DNA of 64,000 bases from Deltaproteobacteria bacterium (GTDB taxonomy: Bacteria; Desulfobacterota; Syntrophia; Syntrophales; UBA2210), in NCBI GenBank assembly GCA_016933965.1, contig JAFGTS010000044.1, positions 59,533 through 123,532 of the forward strand. The letters run 5' to 3'. A model generated the notes under the pieces. It was not told where the DNA came from. It saw only the letters and a program-made list of their open reading frames with translations, and did no database searches. The stretch's first letter is position 1. The number at the start of each line of letters is the position of its first letter. This document shows positions 51,209-60,338 of this stretch, in pieces. Made by a program: the position numbers and the translations under genes.

Positions 51209-52127
51209 TCAATCCCGCCCGGGGGGTTATTGAATCGATATGTTCCCGGACCTTTTGTGAGTCCGCCCGATATTTGCAGATCACGTTCAGGGTTTCCAGG
51301 ATAACACCGGGCGTTATGTCCTCCACCTGAAGGGCGATAAGCGATTGGGCCCAGTCAAGGCTTTCCGATATGCAGGGTTTTTTCTTCAGGTCCAGGTCCC
51401 GTATCTTTCGAACGGTTTCGACGAGTTGCTGTACCAGCCGCTCCCCGATGCCGGGGATCTTGAGCCTGATAACCCGCATTTCAAGCTCCCGTTCCGGATA
51501 TTCGATGTAGATGTGAATGCACCGCCGTTTCAGGGCATCGCTCATGTCACGATAATTATTCGACGTGAGCACCACAAAGGGAATGTTCATCGCCCGCCGG
51601 GTCCCCAGTTCCGGGATGGAAACCTGAAAGTCGCTCAGAAGTTCCAGGAGAAACGCCTCGAATTCCGGGTCGGACTTGTCCACTTCGTCTATCAGGAGAA
51701 CCACCGGTGCCGGTGAACTGATCGCCTGGAGAAGGGGGCGGGGCTGGATGAACCGCTCGGAAAAAAAGGCGTCTTCCTGTTTCGCGATGCGGTCAACGGC
51801 ATCAGACAGCGTTCCGGCGCCGGCGATGACGTCCTGTATTTTCTCCTTTACCATCTGCGTGTAGAGAAGCTGTTTCGCGTATTCCCATTCGTACAGCGCC
51901 TTTGCTTCGTCAAGGCCTTCGTAACACTGGAGCCGGATCATCTCCCGTTCAAGGCCCCGTGCCACCGCCTTGGCAAGCTCCGTTTTCCCCACTCCCGCGG
52001 GTCCCTCCACCAGAATGGGCTTCCCCGTGGCTCCCGCGAGAAACACGACGGTGGCGATCTCCCGTGAGGAAATGTATCCCGCCTGTTCAAGTCTTTTTTC
52101 AACATCTTCAACGGATTTGAATGCCAT
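51201..52127 (-). CDS. MoxR/CoxD-like AAA+ ATPase
   Basis: 308 aa; Walker A GPAGVGKTELAKA, Walker B LLIDEVDK; 8-nt overlap with the downstream VWA gene. Confidence 0.85.
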   Translation of the reverse strand: MAFKSVEDVEKRLEQAGYISSREIATVVFLAGATGKPILVEGPAGVGKTELAKAVARGLEREMIRLQCYEGLDEAKALYEWEYAKQLLYTQMVKEKIQDVIAGAGTLSDAVDRIAKQEDAFFSERFIQPRPLLQAISSPAPVVLLIDEVDKSDPEFEAFLLELLSDFQVSIPELGTRRAMNIPFVVLTSNNYRDMSDALKRRCIHIYIEYPERELEMRVIRLKIPGIGERLVQQLVETVRKIRDLDLKKKPCISESLDWAQSLIALQVEDITPGVILETLNVICKYRADSQKVREHIDSITPRAGLNG

Positions 52128-52237
52128 GCGCGATATCCTTTCGATTCAAGACAGTCAATACACCAGAAGAGGGAAGGGGTCAACCGGTATAACCGGGCAT
52201 GCCGGAAAAGGTCGCCGGGAGAAAGTTGCACTCATGG

Positions 52238-53143
52238 TCAATACACTCTGCCCATTCCATGGCGGGTACCGAGTACTTCCAGGGTGTCGTTGACCACGAT
52301 GAACGCCTCGGGGTCTTCAGCGAGGATGAGCTCCTTCATCTTGGGAAGCTCCATGAGGCTGGTGATGGTGAAAATTATCTTTTTGTCAGTTCTTGTGAAG
52401 GCGCCTTCCCCTTTCAGAAAGGTCACCCCCCGTCCCTTGCTCTCCAGGATGCGGTGGGCGATCTCTTCCGCCCGGTTGGATACGACGAGGATCGATTTTC
52501 TCTTGTTGAATCCGGTCAGTACGGCATCGGTGATCTTGCCGCTGGTGAAGAGATAGACCAGTGAATAGAGAGCGATTTCCAGGTTGTAGAAGAACACACC
52601 GGTCAGAAGCACCGCCGCATTAAAGAAAAATATGATGGCCCCGATCCTGAAACCGAACTTCTTGTTCATGTAAACGGCGAGGATATCAAGACCGCCGGCG
52701 GATCCCGCCGAGCGCAGGATGAGCCCCGCGCCGGCCCCGCAGATGACCCCCGCGAGCAGTGCCGCAAGCATGGGATCGCGAACCGGGGGAAGGGAATAGT
52801 GTACGAACGTGGCGGACCAGGAAAAAAACCCCATCCCAAACAGAGAGTAAAGCATGAAACGCCTGCTGACGTGTTTCCATCCGAGATAGACCAGAGGGAG
52901 GTTCAGGCACAGGTAGACGAAGCCGATCCCCAGAAAGGGGTACTGGTAATGAGCAATGAGGGAAAGTCCCGTCAATCCGCCGGTGAGGAATCCCTGGGGG
53001 ACGAGGACGCCCGTCAGCCCGATCATGAAAACGATACAGCCCATGGCGATCAACGCCGCGTTGACAGTGAGGTCCTTCAGGGGAGTGATCATTTTTTCAC
53101 AATTTTCTTTAAGCGGAAGGGGATTGTTTTTCATGGAAAGCAC
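52238..53143 (-). CDS. YitT-family membrane protein (with C-terminal DUF2179 domain)
   Basis: 301 aa; 5-6 TM N-terminal part and a soluble C-terminal domain (VTFLKGEGAFT...); typical YitT layout. Confidence 0.75.
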   Translation of the reverse strand: MLSMKNNPLPLKENCEKMITPLKDLTVNAALIAMGCIVFMIGLTGVLVPQGFLTGGLTGLSLIAHYQYPFLGIGFVYLCLNLPLVYLGWKHVSRRFMLYSLFGMGFFSWSATFVHYSLPPVRDPMLAALLAGVICGAGAGLILRSAGSAGGLDILAVYMNKKFGFRIGAIIFFFNAAVLLTGVFFYNLEIALYSLVYLFTSGKITDAVLTGFNKRKSILVVSNRAEEIAHRILESKGRGVTFLKGEGAFTRTDKKIIFTITSLMELPKMKELILAEDPEAFIVVNDTLEVLGTRHGMGRVY

Positions 53144-53228
53144 CTCCGCTGCCGGTGGGGTGTTATGAGGTGGCGAACGTTAGAGCATCCCTGTTCGAGA
53201 GTCAAGAAAAAAATGGAACAGCCGGGTA

Positions 53229-54074
53229 TCACCGCTTATTGAGGATTTCGAGTACCTTTCGGTAGATATCCTTGCGCGGGACCTTCAATTCCTTCGAAAC
53301 GGCCGATACGATGTCCCGCGTCGAAAGACCGGGATCCGCACCCAGTCGCCGGACCATGCTCTCGATGCCTTTCGGCGGGATCCCCGGCTCGATCCTCTTT
53401 TCTCCGGCGATGACAAGGGTTATCTCGCCTTTTATCTCCGCCCGCTGGCGGAGTTCCCCGATCAGCACCGAAATGGTTCCCCGCAGGGTTTCTTCATGGA
53501 TCTTCGTCATTTCCCGCGCCAGGGCGGCGGGCCGGTCACCGAACACGTCGAGGCATTCCTTCAGAAAGGCGGTTATCCGGCGGGGAGATTCGTAGAAAAT
53601 GAGCGTCCGCTCCTCTTTTTTGAGGGATTCCAGGAACTGGTTGCGCTTTCCCTTTTTCGAGGGCGGAAAGCCGCAAAAGATGAAATTGTCCATGGGGAGC
53701 CCGGATACGCAAATGGCGGCCACGGCCGCGACAGGGCCCGGAACGGCAACGACGTCGATATCGTTTTCAAGGGCGTTTTTTATGAGCAGGTATCCCGGAT
53801 CGGATATTCCCGGGGTCCCGGCATCGGACACATAGGCGATATTCCGCCCCTCCAGCAGCTTCGAAACGATGAGCGGACTTTTCCGTGCTTCCACTTCATC
53901 ATAGAGACTTTCCAGCGGGGTCGTAATGCCATAGAAATTGAGAAGTTTTCTTGTCCTTCTCGTGTCCTCGGCGGCGATACCATCGACTTCACGGAGGATA
54001 CGAAGGGCCCGCAGGGTGATATCCTCGAGGTTCCCGATCGGCGTGGCGACGATGTAAAGTGTCCCTCTTTTCAT
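53229..54074 (-). CDS. rsmI: 16S rRNA (cytidine1402-2'-O)-methyltransferase
   Basis: ORF 53229..54161; conserved start MKRGTLYIVATPIGNLEDITLRA at ATG 54074; the longer ORF runs into tandem repeats. Confidence 0.9.
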   Translation of the reverse strand: MKRGTLYIVATPIGNLEDITLRALRILREVDGIAAEDTRRTRKLLNFYGITTPLESLYDEVEARKSPLIVSKLLEGRNIAYVSDAGTPGISDPGYLLIKNALENDIDVVAVPGPVAAVAAICVSGLPMDNFIFCGFPPSKKGKRNQFLESLKKEERTLIFYESPRRITAFLKECLDVFGDRPAALAREMTKIHEETLRGTISVLIGELRQRAEIKGEITLVIAGEKRIEPGIPPKGIESMVRRLGADPGLSTRDIVSAVSKELKVPRKDIYRKVLEILNKR

Positions 54075-54090
54075 AATAAAAGGACCGTAT

Positions 54091-54143
54091 AACGTGAATC
54101 GTAAAACGTGAATCGTAAAACGTGAATGTTGAAACGTGAGGCG
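54091..54143. repeat. 14-nt tandem repeat (about 3.8 copies) aacgtgaatcgtaa
   Basis: aacgtgaatcgtaa x2 exact (54091-54118), then aacgtgaatgttga and aacgtgaggcg; 17 nt upstream of the rsmI ATG. Confidence 0.9.
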
Positions 54144-54170
54144 ATTTCCCGAAGCATCCATCCCCCCGCG

Positions 54171-54248
54171 TTAATCCGTTAATCCGCTAATCCATAATCC
54201 GCTAATCCGTAATCCGCTAATCCGTAATCCCCTAATCCATAATCCCCC
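54171..54248. repeat. 7-9-nt tandem repeat array, 10 x TAATCC core (GGAUUA on the minus/transcribed strand)
   Basis: ttaatccg ttaatccgc taatcca taatccgc taatccg taatccgc taatccg taatcccc taatcca taatccccc, read directly from the sequence. Confidence 0.9.
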
Positions 54249-54268
54249 AAGAAAATATAGTCTTTAAG

Positions 54269-54343
54269 TTTTCCCCTTTGCCACTGATTATATCATCTTC
54301 AAGTTTTTCACTCTGCCCCTCTGTCGCTTTGCCCCTTTGTCGC
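54269..54343. repeat. 16-17-nt direct repeats (tt)tgcccct(c/t)tgtcgc x2 plus a degenerate third copy
   Basis: ctctgcccctctgtcgc (54311-54327), tttgcccctttgtcgc (54328-54343), ttttcccctttgccac (54269-54284); the copies flank the candidate -10. Confidence 0.8.
54287..54295 (-). promoter_or_regulatory. Candidate extended -10 promoter (TGaTATAAT) for rsmI
   Basis: Minus strand reads TGATATAAT; weak -35; would give a leader of about 200 nt containing the TAATCC and 14-mer repeat arrays. Confidence 0.35.
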
Positions 54344-54350
54344 TTATTTA

Positions 54351-54716
54351 TTATTCCACCAGATCAAAAGCGTTCATGAAGTGGTCCACCTGGTGACCCT
54401 CCGGCGAAAAAAGGATGGCGACCACATCGAACCGGGCTTTGCTGTCCATGCTTTTCCGTTCTTTCAGGAAGTGAAGGGCGACCTTCGATAATTTTTTCTG
54501 TTTTCGTTCGTCGACGGCCGCTTCGGGCGGTCCGAACTTCAGGGACGTCCGGCTTTTCACTTCCACAAAGACGAGGATTCCTCCGTCCAGGGCGACGATA
54601 TCGATCTCGCCCATGCGGCACCGGTAGTTCTTTTCAACGATGGTATAGCCCCTGTCCAGCAGATACCGGACGGCCGTGTCTTCCCCTCTTTTTCCCCCTG
54701 TGATGGGACCGGTCAC
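54351..54716 (-). CDS. yraN: YraN-family (UPF0102) putative endonuclease
   Basis: 121 aa; GEDTAVRYLLDRGYTIVEKNYRCRMGEIDIVA...VFVEVK pattern. Confidence 0.85.
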   Translation of the reverse strand: MTGPITGGKRGEDTAVRYLLDRGYTIVEKNYRCRMGEIDIVALDGGILVFVEVKSRTSLKFGPPEAAVDERKQKKLSKVALHFLKERKSMDSKARFDVVAILFSPEGHQVDHFMNAFDLVE

Positions 54717-55306
54717 AGCTCCCCCCTGATGCGGAAGGAGTTTCTGTGTATGTCACAGCGGCCGCAGGTCGCGATCGCCTCACGGTGTTCCTTCGTCGGG
54801 TATCCCTTGTTTTTCCTGAAATTATACTGGGGGTACCGGTCATGATAATCATCCATGATACGGTCACGGGAAACCTTGGCGATGATCGATGCTGCGGCCA
54901 CCGAGAGGGACCGTGAATCGCCCCGGATGATCGCTTCCTGCGGTATCGGCAGGGTCAGCGTGTTCAGACCGTCTATGAGAAGGTAGTCGGGAACGACGGA
55001 AAGGGAGGCGACGGCCTGTTCCATGGCCAGCAGGGTCGCCTGGAGGATGTTTACTCTGTCTATGACATCGTGTTCGGCTGTTCCGATGCCGACGGCACGG
55101 GCGTCATGAAGGATGCGGGAATAGAGACGTTCGCGTTTCAGGGGTGTCAGTTTCTTCGAGTCGCCGATCTCTTCGTTCCGGTATCCCGGGGGGAAGATGA
55201 CAGCGGCGGCCACAACAGGACCCGCCAGGGGCCCCCTGCCTGCCTCGTCGATCCCGGCGATGAACCGGTAGCCGAGCCGGCGGGCCTTTCGCTCGAAGCT
55301 GTCCAT
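54713..55306 (-). CDS. rnhB: Ribonuclease HII
   Basis: 197 aa; AGIDEAGRGPLAGPVVAAAV active-site motif; 4-nt overlap with yraN. Confidence 0.92.
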   Translation of the reverse strand: MDSFERKARRLGYRFIAGIDEAGRGPLAGPVVAAAVIFPPGYRNEEIGDSKKLTPLKRERLYSRILHDARAVGIGTAEHDVIDRVNILQATLLAMEQAVASLSVVPDYLLIDGLNTLTLPIPQEAIIRGDSRSLSVAAASIIAKVSRDRIMDDYHDRYPQYNFRKNKGYPTKEHREAIATCGRCDIHRNSFRIRGEL

Positions 55307-55307
55307 G

Positions 55308-55655
55308 TTACCGGCGACCCAGTTCCTTGATGCGAGCCTTCTTGCCTCTCAGTCCTCTCAGGTAGTACAGCCGTGACCGACGGACCCGTCCCCGTGTCAC
55401 CACTTCTATCCTGTCGATGATGGGTGAGTGAAGAGGAAAAGTTCGCTCCACGCCGATCCCCGATGATATTTTTCTCACCGTGAAGGTCGCACGGTTCTGG
55501 CCGCGTTTTTTCCTGATAACCGTTCCCTGAAAGACCTGGATTCGTTCCTTCTGTCCCTCGACTATTTTTACGTGGACCTTTACGGTGTCTCCCGACCGGA
55601 AAGCGGGAATGTCCACGCGCATCTGTTCTTTTTCGAGCATGTCAAGAGCATTCAT
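55308..55655 (-). CDS. rplS: 50S ribosomal protein L19
   Basis: 115 aa; [24 protein letters not shown] motif. Confidence 0.95.
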   Translation of the reverse strand: MNALDMLEKEQMRVDIPAFRSGDTVKVHVKIVEGQKERIQVFQGTVIRKKRGQNRATFTVRKISSGIGVERTFPLHSPIIDRIEVVTRGRVRRSRLYYLRGLRGKKARIKELGRR

Positions 55656-55728
55656 TGGTACACAACCTCCTCAATCTATGAGCTGTCAGCCGGCGGCTGT
55701 AAGCTTTCGGTTTTTTTCGGTGCTTCTC

Positions 55729-56295
55729 CTACCGTTTCCCCAGCAATCTGTCAAGAACAATAGCGACGGCTGAACGGACCGAAAGATGATTATAATCGGT
55801 CAGTCCCATGATCGGTTCCAGGAGATAATCGGCACCGTCTATCACCTCCGTGGCAGATCCCCAGCCCGTTCCAAAGACCAGGAGATAGGCGTCACGTCCA
55901 CGGGCCATGATCCTTTTCAGTTCCTTGAAAGATGTCGTTTTCAAACGGGGTTCGGCGCTGGTCGCGACCGTTTGAACGCCGCGTCCCGCCCCCTGTTCGA
56001 TGTCGGCAACCACGTCTTCCAGGGTACATTTCACCGTGACACGCTGAAACGCTTCACCGCGGGAGGGGTTATAGGTGACCCCGTACCCTTCCTGCCAGTG
56101 GTGGATGATCCTGTTCACGTAATCATGCTGTTTCAGGATCGGTGTGACGATATAGAACCGCTCGATACCGTAGGTCCTGACAGCCCTGGAAATATCGTGG
56201 ATGTCCATGTTCGTCACCGACGTGGTGACGATGTCTCCCCGTTTGTTGAGAACGGGGAAGTGTAAAAGAGCGAGATACAGACGGTCCGTGTTCAT
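55729..56295 (-). CDS. SPOUT-type SAM-dependent RNA methyltransferase-like protein (Methyltrn_RNA_4/DUF2168-like)
   Basis: 188 aa; LALLHFPVLNKRGDIVTTSVTNMDIHDISR pattern; inserted between trmD and rplS, as reported for this family (from memory). Confidence 0.6.
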   Translation of the reverse strand: MNTDRLYLALLHFPVLNKRGDIVTTSVTNMDIHDISRAVRTYGIERFYIVTPILKQHDYVNRIIHHWQEGYGVTYNPSRGEAFQRVTVKCTLEDVVADIEQGAGRGVQTVATSAEPRLKTTSFKELKRIMARGRDAYLLVFGTGWGSATEVIDGADYLLEPIMGLTDYNHLSVRSAVAIVLDRLLGKR

Positions 56296-56341
56296 GGGGT
56301 GCTGTGTCTATGAACTGCGGTCGCTGACAACGGCGGTTCCA

Positions 56342-57097
56342 TCAGGATGTTCCATCCTCCCGATTCGGCTCGCCGGTCAGCTCCTCCAGCATTTCTCTGT
56401 CTTCCTTCGAGAGGCCGGCCGATGCCAGCAGATCGGGCCTTCTTGCCAGGGTCCGCCTGAGCGCCTCCTTCCGGCGCCACTTGTCGATATTTTTCTGGTG
56501 ACCCGAGAGCAGGACGGCGGGCACCTCCCATCCCCTGAACTCTCGCGGCCTCGTGTACTGGGGACCCTCGAGAAGACCCGTGGAAAAGGAATCATATATG
56601 ACCGATTCCGTGTTTCCCACGAAACCCGGGACAAGCCGAGAAACAGCGTCGACGACCACCAGCGCTGCAAATTCTCCCCCGGAAAGAACGAAATCGCCGG
56701 CGGATATTTCCCGGTCGATAAGGTGCTCCCGGACCCGCTCATCAACGCCCTCATACCGCCCGCAGACAAGTACGAGCTGCTCGTGCCGCGCCAGTTCTTC
56801 CGCGGTCTCCTGGCAGAAGGTTTCCCCCTGGGGAGACAGCAGAATGACGAGGGCTTTTCCCCGGTCAGGTGCCGCTGCCTCGATCGCCCGGGCGATGGGC
56901 TCTACCTTCATGACCATTCCGCCGCCGCCGCCGAAGGGAGTGTCGTCGGTCACCCGGTGCCGGTCGAACGCGTGATCTCGAATATTATAAAGGTTGACCG
57001 CCACTATTCCTTTGTCGAGAGCTTTCTTCAAAAGACCGTGGTTGAGGGTCGATTCAAATATCTCGGGAAAGAGCGTTAAAATATCGAACCGTATCAT
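56342..57097 (-). CDS. trmD: tRNA (guanine37-N1)-methyltransferase
   Basis: 251 aa; [14 protein letters not shown]...[13 protein letters not shown] motifs. Confidence 0.95.
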   Translation of the reverse strand: MIRFDILTLFPEIFESTLNHGLLKKALDKGIVAVNLYNIRDHAFDRHRVTDDTPFGGGGGMVMKVEPIARAIEAAAPDRGKALVILLSPQGETFCQETAEELARHEQLVLVCGRYEGVDERVREHLIDREISAGDFVLSGGEFAALVVVDAVSRLVPGFVGNTESVIYDSFSTGLLEGPQYTRPREFRGWEVPAVLLSGHQKNIDKWRRKEALRRTLARRPDLLASAGLSKEDREMLEELTGEPNREDGTS

Positions 57098-57103
57098 CCC
57101 GCC

Positions 57104-57607
57104 TTATAACCCGTCGATCAGCGTCACGGTCATTCGTCCCTTTTCAAGGTCGATTTCCCTGACAACGTCGGAAAGCGCCGGCAGCAGGATCTCCCGTTCT
57201 CCACCACTTACCAGGTACACATCGTTACTTCCCGTGGGGAGGATATTTTCAATATGACCGAGCCATTGTCCTTCCCCGGTAAAGACATCGAGACCGATTA
57301 TCTGGTGCCAGTAATATTCTCCTTCCGGCAAGGCCCCCAATCTGTCGGAGTACATGAAAACCGATAAACCTATCAGGACATTTGATGTTTCGATATTGGA
57401 AACACCTTCAAGGTCGAGAAAAAAACTCCTTCCCCGATTCGTGACGGACGTAACCGTGAAAGGAGTTGCCCCATCGCTCCGGTTTCCGATGAATACTTCA
57501 TCAAGGGATTCCAGCAGATCGGGAGAATCCAGAAAGGAGCGAACTTTAACTCTGCCCTTCAACCCGATGGATTTGACGATTTTCCCTATTTCGAGCAGGT
57601 TTGTCAC
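57104..57607 (-). CDS. rimM: 16S rRNA processing protein RimM
   Basis: 167 aa, GTG start sharing 1 nt with the KH-protein stop (TAGTG); IGKIVKSIGLKGRVKV N-terminus and PRC-barrel C-terminus. Confidence 0.9.
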   Translation of the reverse strand: MTNLLEIGKIVKSIGLKGRVKVRSFLDSPDLLESLDEVFIGNRSDGATPFTVTSVTNRGRSFFLDLEGVSNIETSNVLIGLSVFMYSDRLGALPEGEYYWHQIIGLDVFTGEGQWLGHIENILPTGSNDVYLVSGGEREILLPALSDVVREIDLEKGRMTVTLIDGL

Positions 57608-57852
57608 TATTCAATTATTTCAAGAACCGCCCTCTTGTGAAGTTTGGAGGATGCGGCGCTCAGGATCGTCCTCATGGCTTTTGCTGTTTTCCCCTGTTTG
57701 CCGATAACCTTACCAAGGTCTTCTTTCGCCACTCTCAGTTCGATAACGGAAGTCTGTTCGCCGATAACCTCGGAACAGTCAACCTGCTCAGGATAATCCA
57801 CCAAAGCTTGAGCAATGTACTTGATCAAATCTTTCATCGTAACAACCTCCAC
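57607..57852 (-). CDS. KH-domain RNA-binding protein (YlqC/UPF0109)
   Basis: 81 aa; [21 protein letters not shown] motif; conserved position between rpsP and rimM. Confidence 0.85.
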   Translation of the reverse strand: MEVVTMKDLIKYIAQALVDYPEQVDCSEVIGEQTSVIELRVAKEDLGKVIGKQGKTAKAMRTILSAASSKLHKRAVLEIIE

Positions 57853-57879
57853 TCATTGTAAAAGGTTAACAGAAGATTA

Positions 57880-58149
57880 TTATCCTGCCTCAGCCTTCCT
57901 TTCCTCCGTCATGAGCCCTTTTTTTCTCAGCAGATCCGAAACGGTCGCTGTGGGTTTCGCCCCCTTTGACAACCATTCTGCTATACGGTCCTCTTTGACG
58001 TTTATTTCCGGCGGATCCTGAAGGGGATCGTAGTTTCCGACGATCTCAATGAACCGGCCGTCCCGCGGCGCCTCACTGTCGGCCACCACGATCCTGTAAT
58101 ATGGTTTTTTCTTTGCGCCCATTCGCGTCAATCTGATTTTAACTGCCAT
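57880..58149 (-). CDS. rpsP: 30S ribosomal protein S16
   Basis: 89 aa; [26 protein letters not shown]-terminus. Confidence 0.95.
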   Translation of the reverse strand: MAVKIRLTRMGAKKKPYYRIVVADSEAPRDGRFIEIVGNYDPLQDPPEINVKEDRIAEWLSKGAKPTATVSDLLRKKGLMTEERKAEAG

Positions 58150-58214
58150 TCCGTCCGCTTATCACCTCCTGTAATTATTCGAGAATAAACACCGTTTTTA
58201 TCACATGTTATCTG

Positions 58215-59549
58215 TTAATTAAAGGGAAAATTGCCACGTCGAAGGGATTTCATGCCACCCTTCGTCAATTTTTTCATCATTTTCCTCATCTCGACATAGT
58301 TCTTGAGCAGCCGATTCACGTCTTGCACCGTGGTACCGCTTCCTCGGGCTATCCTTTTTCGCCGCTGGCCGTCTATGATCTGGTAGTTCATGCGCTCCTT
58401 CGCCGTCATGGAATCGATGATCGCCATGGTCCTGACAAGTTCTTTCTCATCGGGCGCGGCGTTCTTGAGGGCCTTGATCTTACCGAAACCGGGTATCATT
58501 CCGAGAATATCCTGGAGGGGCCCCATTTTCCGTATCTGCATGAGCTGATTTTTCAGGTCGTCGAGGGTGAACGAATCCTTTCTGAGCTTTTTTTCCAGAT
58601 CCCGCGCCGCTTTTTCATCGATGGTCATCTGGGCTTTCTCGACCAGCGAGAGAATGTCACCCATGCCCAGAATTCTTGAGGCCATGCGCTCGGGGTGAAA
58701 TACTTCCAGTGCGTCTATCTTTTCCCCCGTACCGATGAACTTTATCGGCCGGTCGGTCACCTTTTTCAGGGACAGCGCCGCCCCGCCGCGGGCATCGCCG
58801 TCCATTTTGGTGAGGATCACCCCACTGATGCCAAGCAACTCGTCAAAGGTCGATGCAACATTGACGGCATCCTGGCCGGTCATCGCGTCGGCGACGAAGA
58901 TGATCTCCGTGGGTTTGACCGCCTCCCTGATCCGTTTCAGCTCATCCATGAGGGCTTCGTCTATATGCAGGCGACCGGCTGTATCGATGAGAAGGGTGTC
59001 AAATCCTCTGGAATCGGCATCTTCAAGGGCGTTCAGGCATATTTTCACGGGGTCTTCCTGATTTCGAGAATCGTAGAATCCCGCCTTGACGCGTTCGCCC
59101 AGGACCTTGAGCTGTTCGATGGCCGCGGGCCGGTATATGTCCGCGGAAACAAGGGAAACCCGGTGTCCCTGGCGCATCAGATGACGTGCCAGCTTTGCCG
59201 CCGTCGTTGTTTTCCCGCACCCTTGAAGTCCGACGAGCATGACAGGCGCCGGGAACCGGCCGGACAGCCGAAGAAGGCTGCTGTCGGTTCCCATCAGGTC
59301 CACCAGGCGTTCATGGACTATCTTGACGATCTGCTGGCCGGGGGTGATGCTCTCGAGAACTTCCTGTCCCACGGCCCGTTGTCGCACATCTTCGATGAAT
59401 TCCTTGACGACCTTGAAATTGACGTCCGCTTCGAGCAGGGCGATCCTGATGTCCTTCAGGGCCAGACGGACATTCTCCTCATCCAGAATACCCCTGCTTT
59501 TGAGGTTCTTGAAAACGGAGTCGAGTTTCTCGGTCAGGTTCTCAAACAT
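58215..59549 (-). CDS. ffh: Signal recognition particle protein Ffh
   Basis: 444 aa; NG domain with GLQGCGKTTTAAKLA and DTAGRLH, plus a Met-rich M domain. Confidence 0.95.
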   Translation of the reverse strand: MFENLTEKLDSVFKNLKSRGILDEENVRLALKDIRIALLEADVNFKVVKEFIEDVRQRAVGQEVLESITPGQQIVKIVHERLVDLMGTDSSLLRLSGRFPAPVMLVGLQGCGKTTTAAKLARHLMRQGHRVSLVSADIYRPAAIEQLKVLGERVKAGFYDSRNQEDPVKICLNALEDADSRGFDTLLIDTAGRLHIDEALMDELKRIREAVKPTEIIFVADAMTGQDAVNVASTFDELLGISGVILTKMDGDARGGAALSLKKVTDRPIKFIGTGEKIDALEVFHPERMASRILGMGDILSLVEKAQMTIDEKAARDLEKKLRKDSFTLDDLKNQLMQIRKMGPLQDILGMIPGFGKIKALKNAAPDEKELVRTMAIIDSMTAKERMNYQIIDGQRRKRIARGSGTTVQDVNRLLKNYVEMRKMMKKLTKGGMKSLRRGNFPFN

Positions 59550-59573
59550 TTGTTGTACTTCCTTTTTCCTTCA

Positions 59574-60281
59574 TCAGCCGCCGGTTTTTCTGACCAGGCA
59601 GTTTATTCCCCTGATCCTGACCTCGATGGTTTCGGAGACGGCCTCTGCCTCCTGAAAGGTCCCGTATCCCTCGAGTATGAGCCGGTACCAGGTCCCCTTT
59701 GCTCCGAGCTCCACCTGTTCCACCCGGGGCGTGTACCCCAGGGAGGCGAGGCGTTCTTTCATCCGTTCCACCCGAACCGTGTCCTTGAAAGAGGCGACCT
59801 GCACAGAATATGGACCAGAAGCGGTCTTTACCGGTTCTTTCACCACCGGTGCGGACGCCTGTTCGACAGGCGCTGCCGTCGTTACCTTCTCCTGCGGTTT
59901 TTCTACTGCCACTGGCGGTGCTCCCTGCGGCAGTTTCTCTTCGGCCTTCGGTTCTTCTTTTTCCTCGGAGCGCGGCAGGGTTTCATAAAAGGTCAACCGT
60001 ATGTCGTCGCTCTCCTGTGGAGACGTATCCTTTTCGGATGTCCGTGCCCGGGCAAGCATATCAGCCGATGTTTCGATGATCTTTTTCGCGACGGCGTCGG
60101 GAATTTCCTTTGCGATCTTCTGCGGATAGCTTTCTATGTTCTTACCCACCATGACGCCGCCGATGAATGCCCCGGAAACCATCAGGGCTATCCCGATGGT
60201 AAAGAGAACGAGGCCGAGTTTTCCCAGCCTGAACTCGAAGGCTTTTGAATTCCGTGCCGGCATCAGAAAGGTCACTTTCAT
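59574..60281 (-). CDS. SPOR domain-containing membrane-anchored protein
   Basis: 235 aa; N-terminal TM, a low-complexity linker, and a C-terminal SPOR-like block YSVQVASFKD...A......L...GY. Confidence 0.7.
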   Translation of the reverse strand: MKVTFLMPARNSKAFEFRLGKLGLVLFTIGIALMVSGAFIGGVMVGKNIESYPQKIAKEIPDAVAKKIIETSADMLARARTSEKDTSPQESDDIRLTFYETLPRSEEKEEPKAEEKLPQGAPPVAVEKPQEKVTTAAPVEQASAPVVKEPVKTASGPYSVQVASFKDTVRVERMKERLASLGYTPRVEQVELGAKGTWYRLILEGYGTFQEAEAVSETIEVRIRGINCLVRKTGG

Positions 60282-60338
60282 GTAGCAGTTTCAGGCCGAC
60301 CGGTTCCTGAAAACTGAATTCAGGAGCCCGGCGGCGGG

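Noticed and set aside
54171-54248. Considered whether the tandem repeats could be a CRISPR array.
   Set aside because: The period is 7-9 nt with no unique spacers, there are no cas genes, and the repeat is far shorter than any CRISPR repeat. It is a microsatellite-type array.
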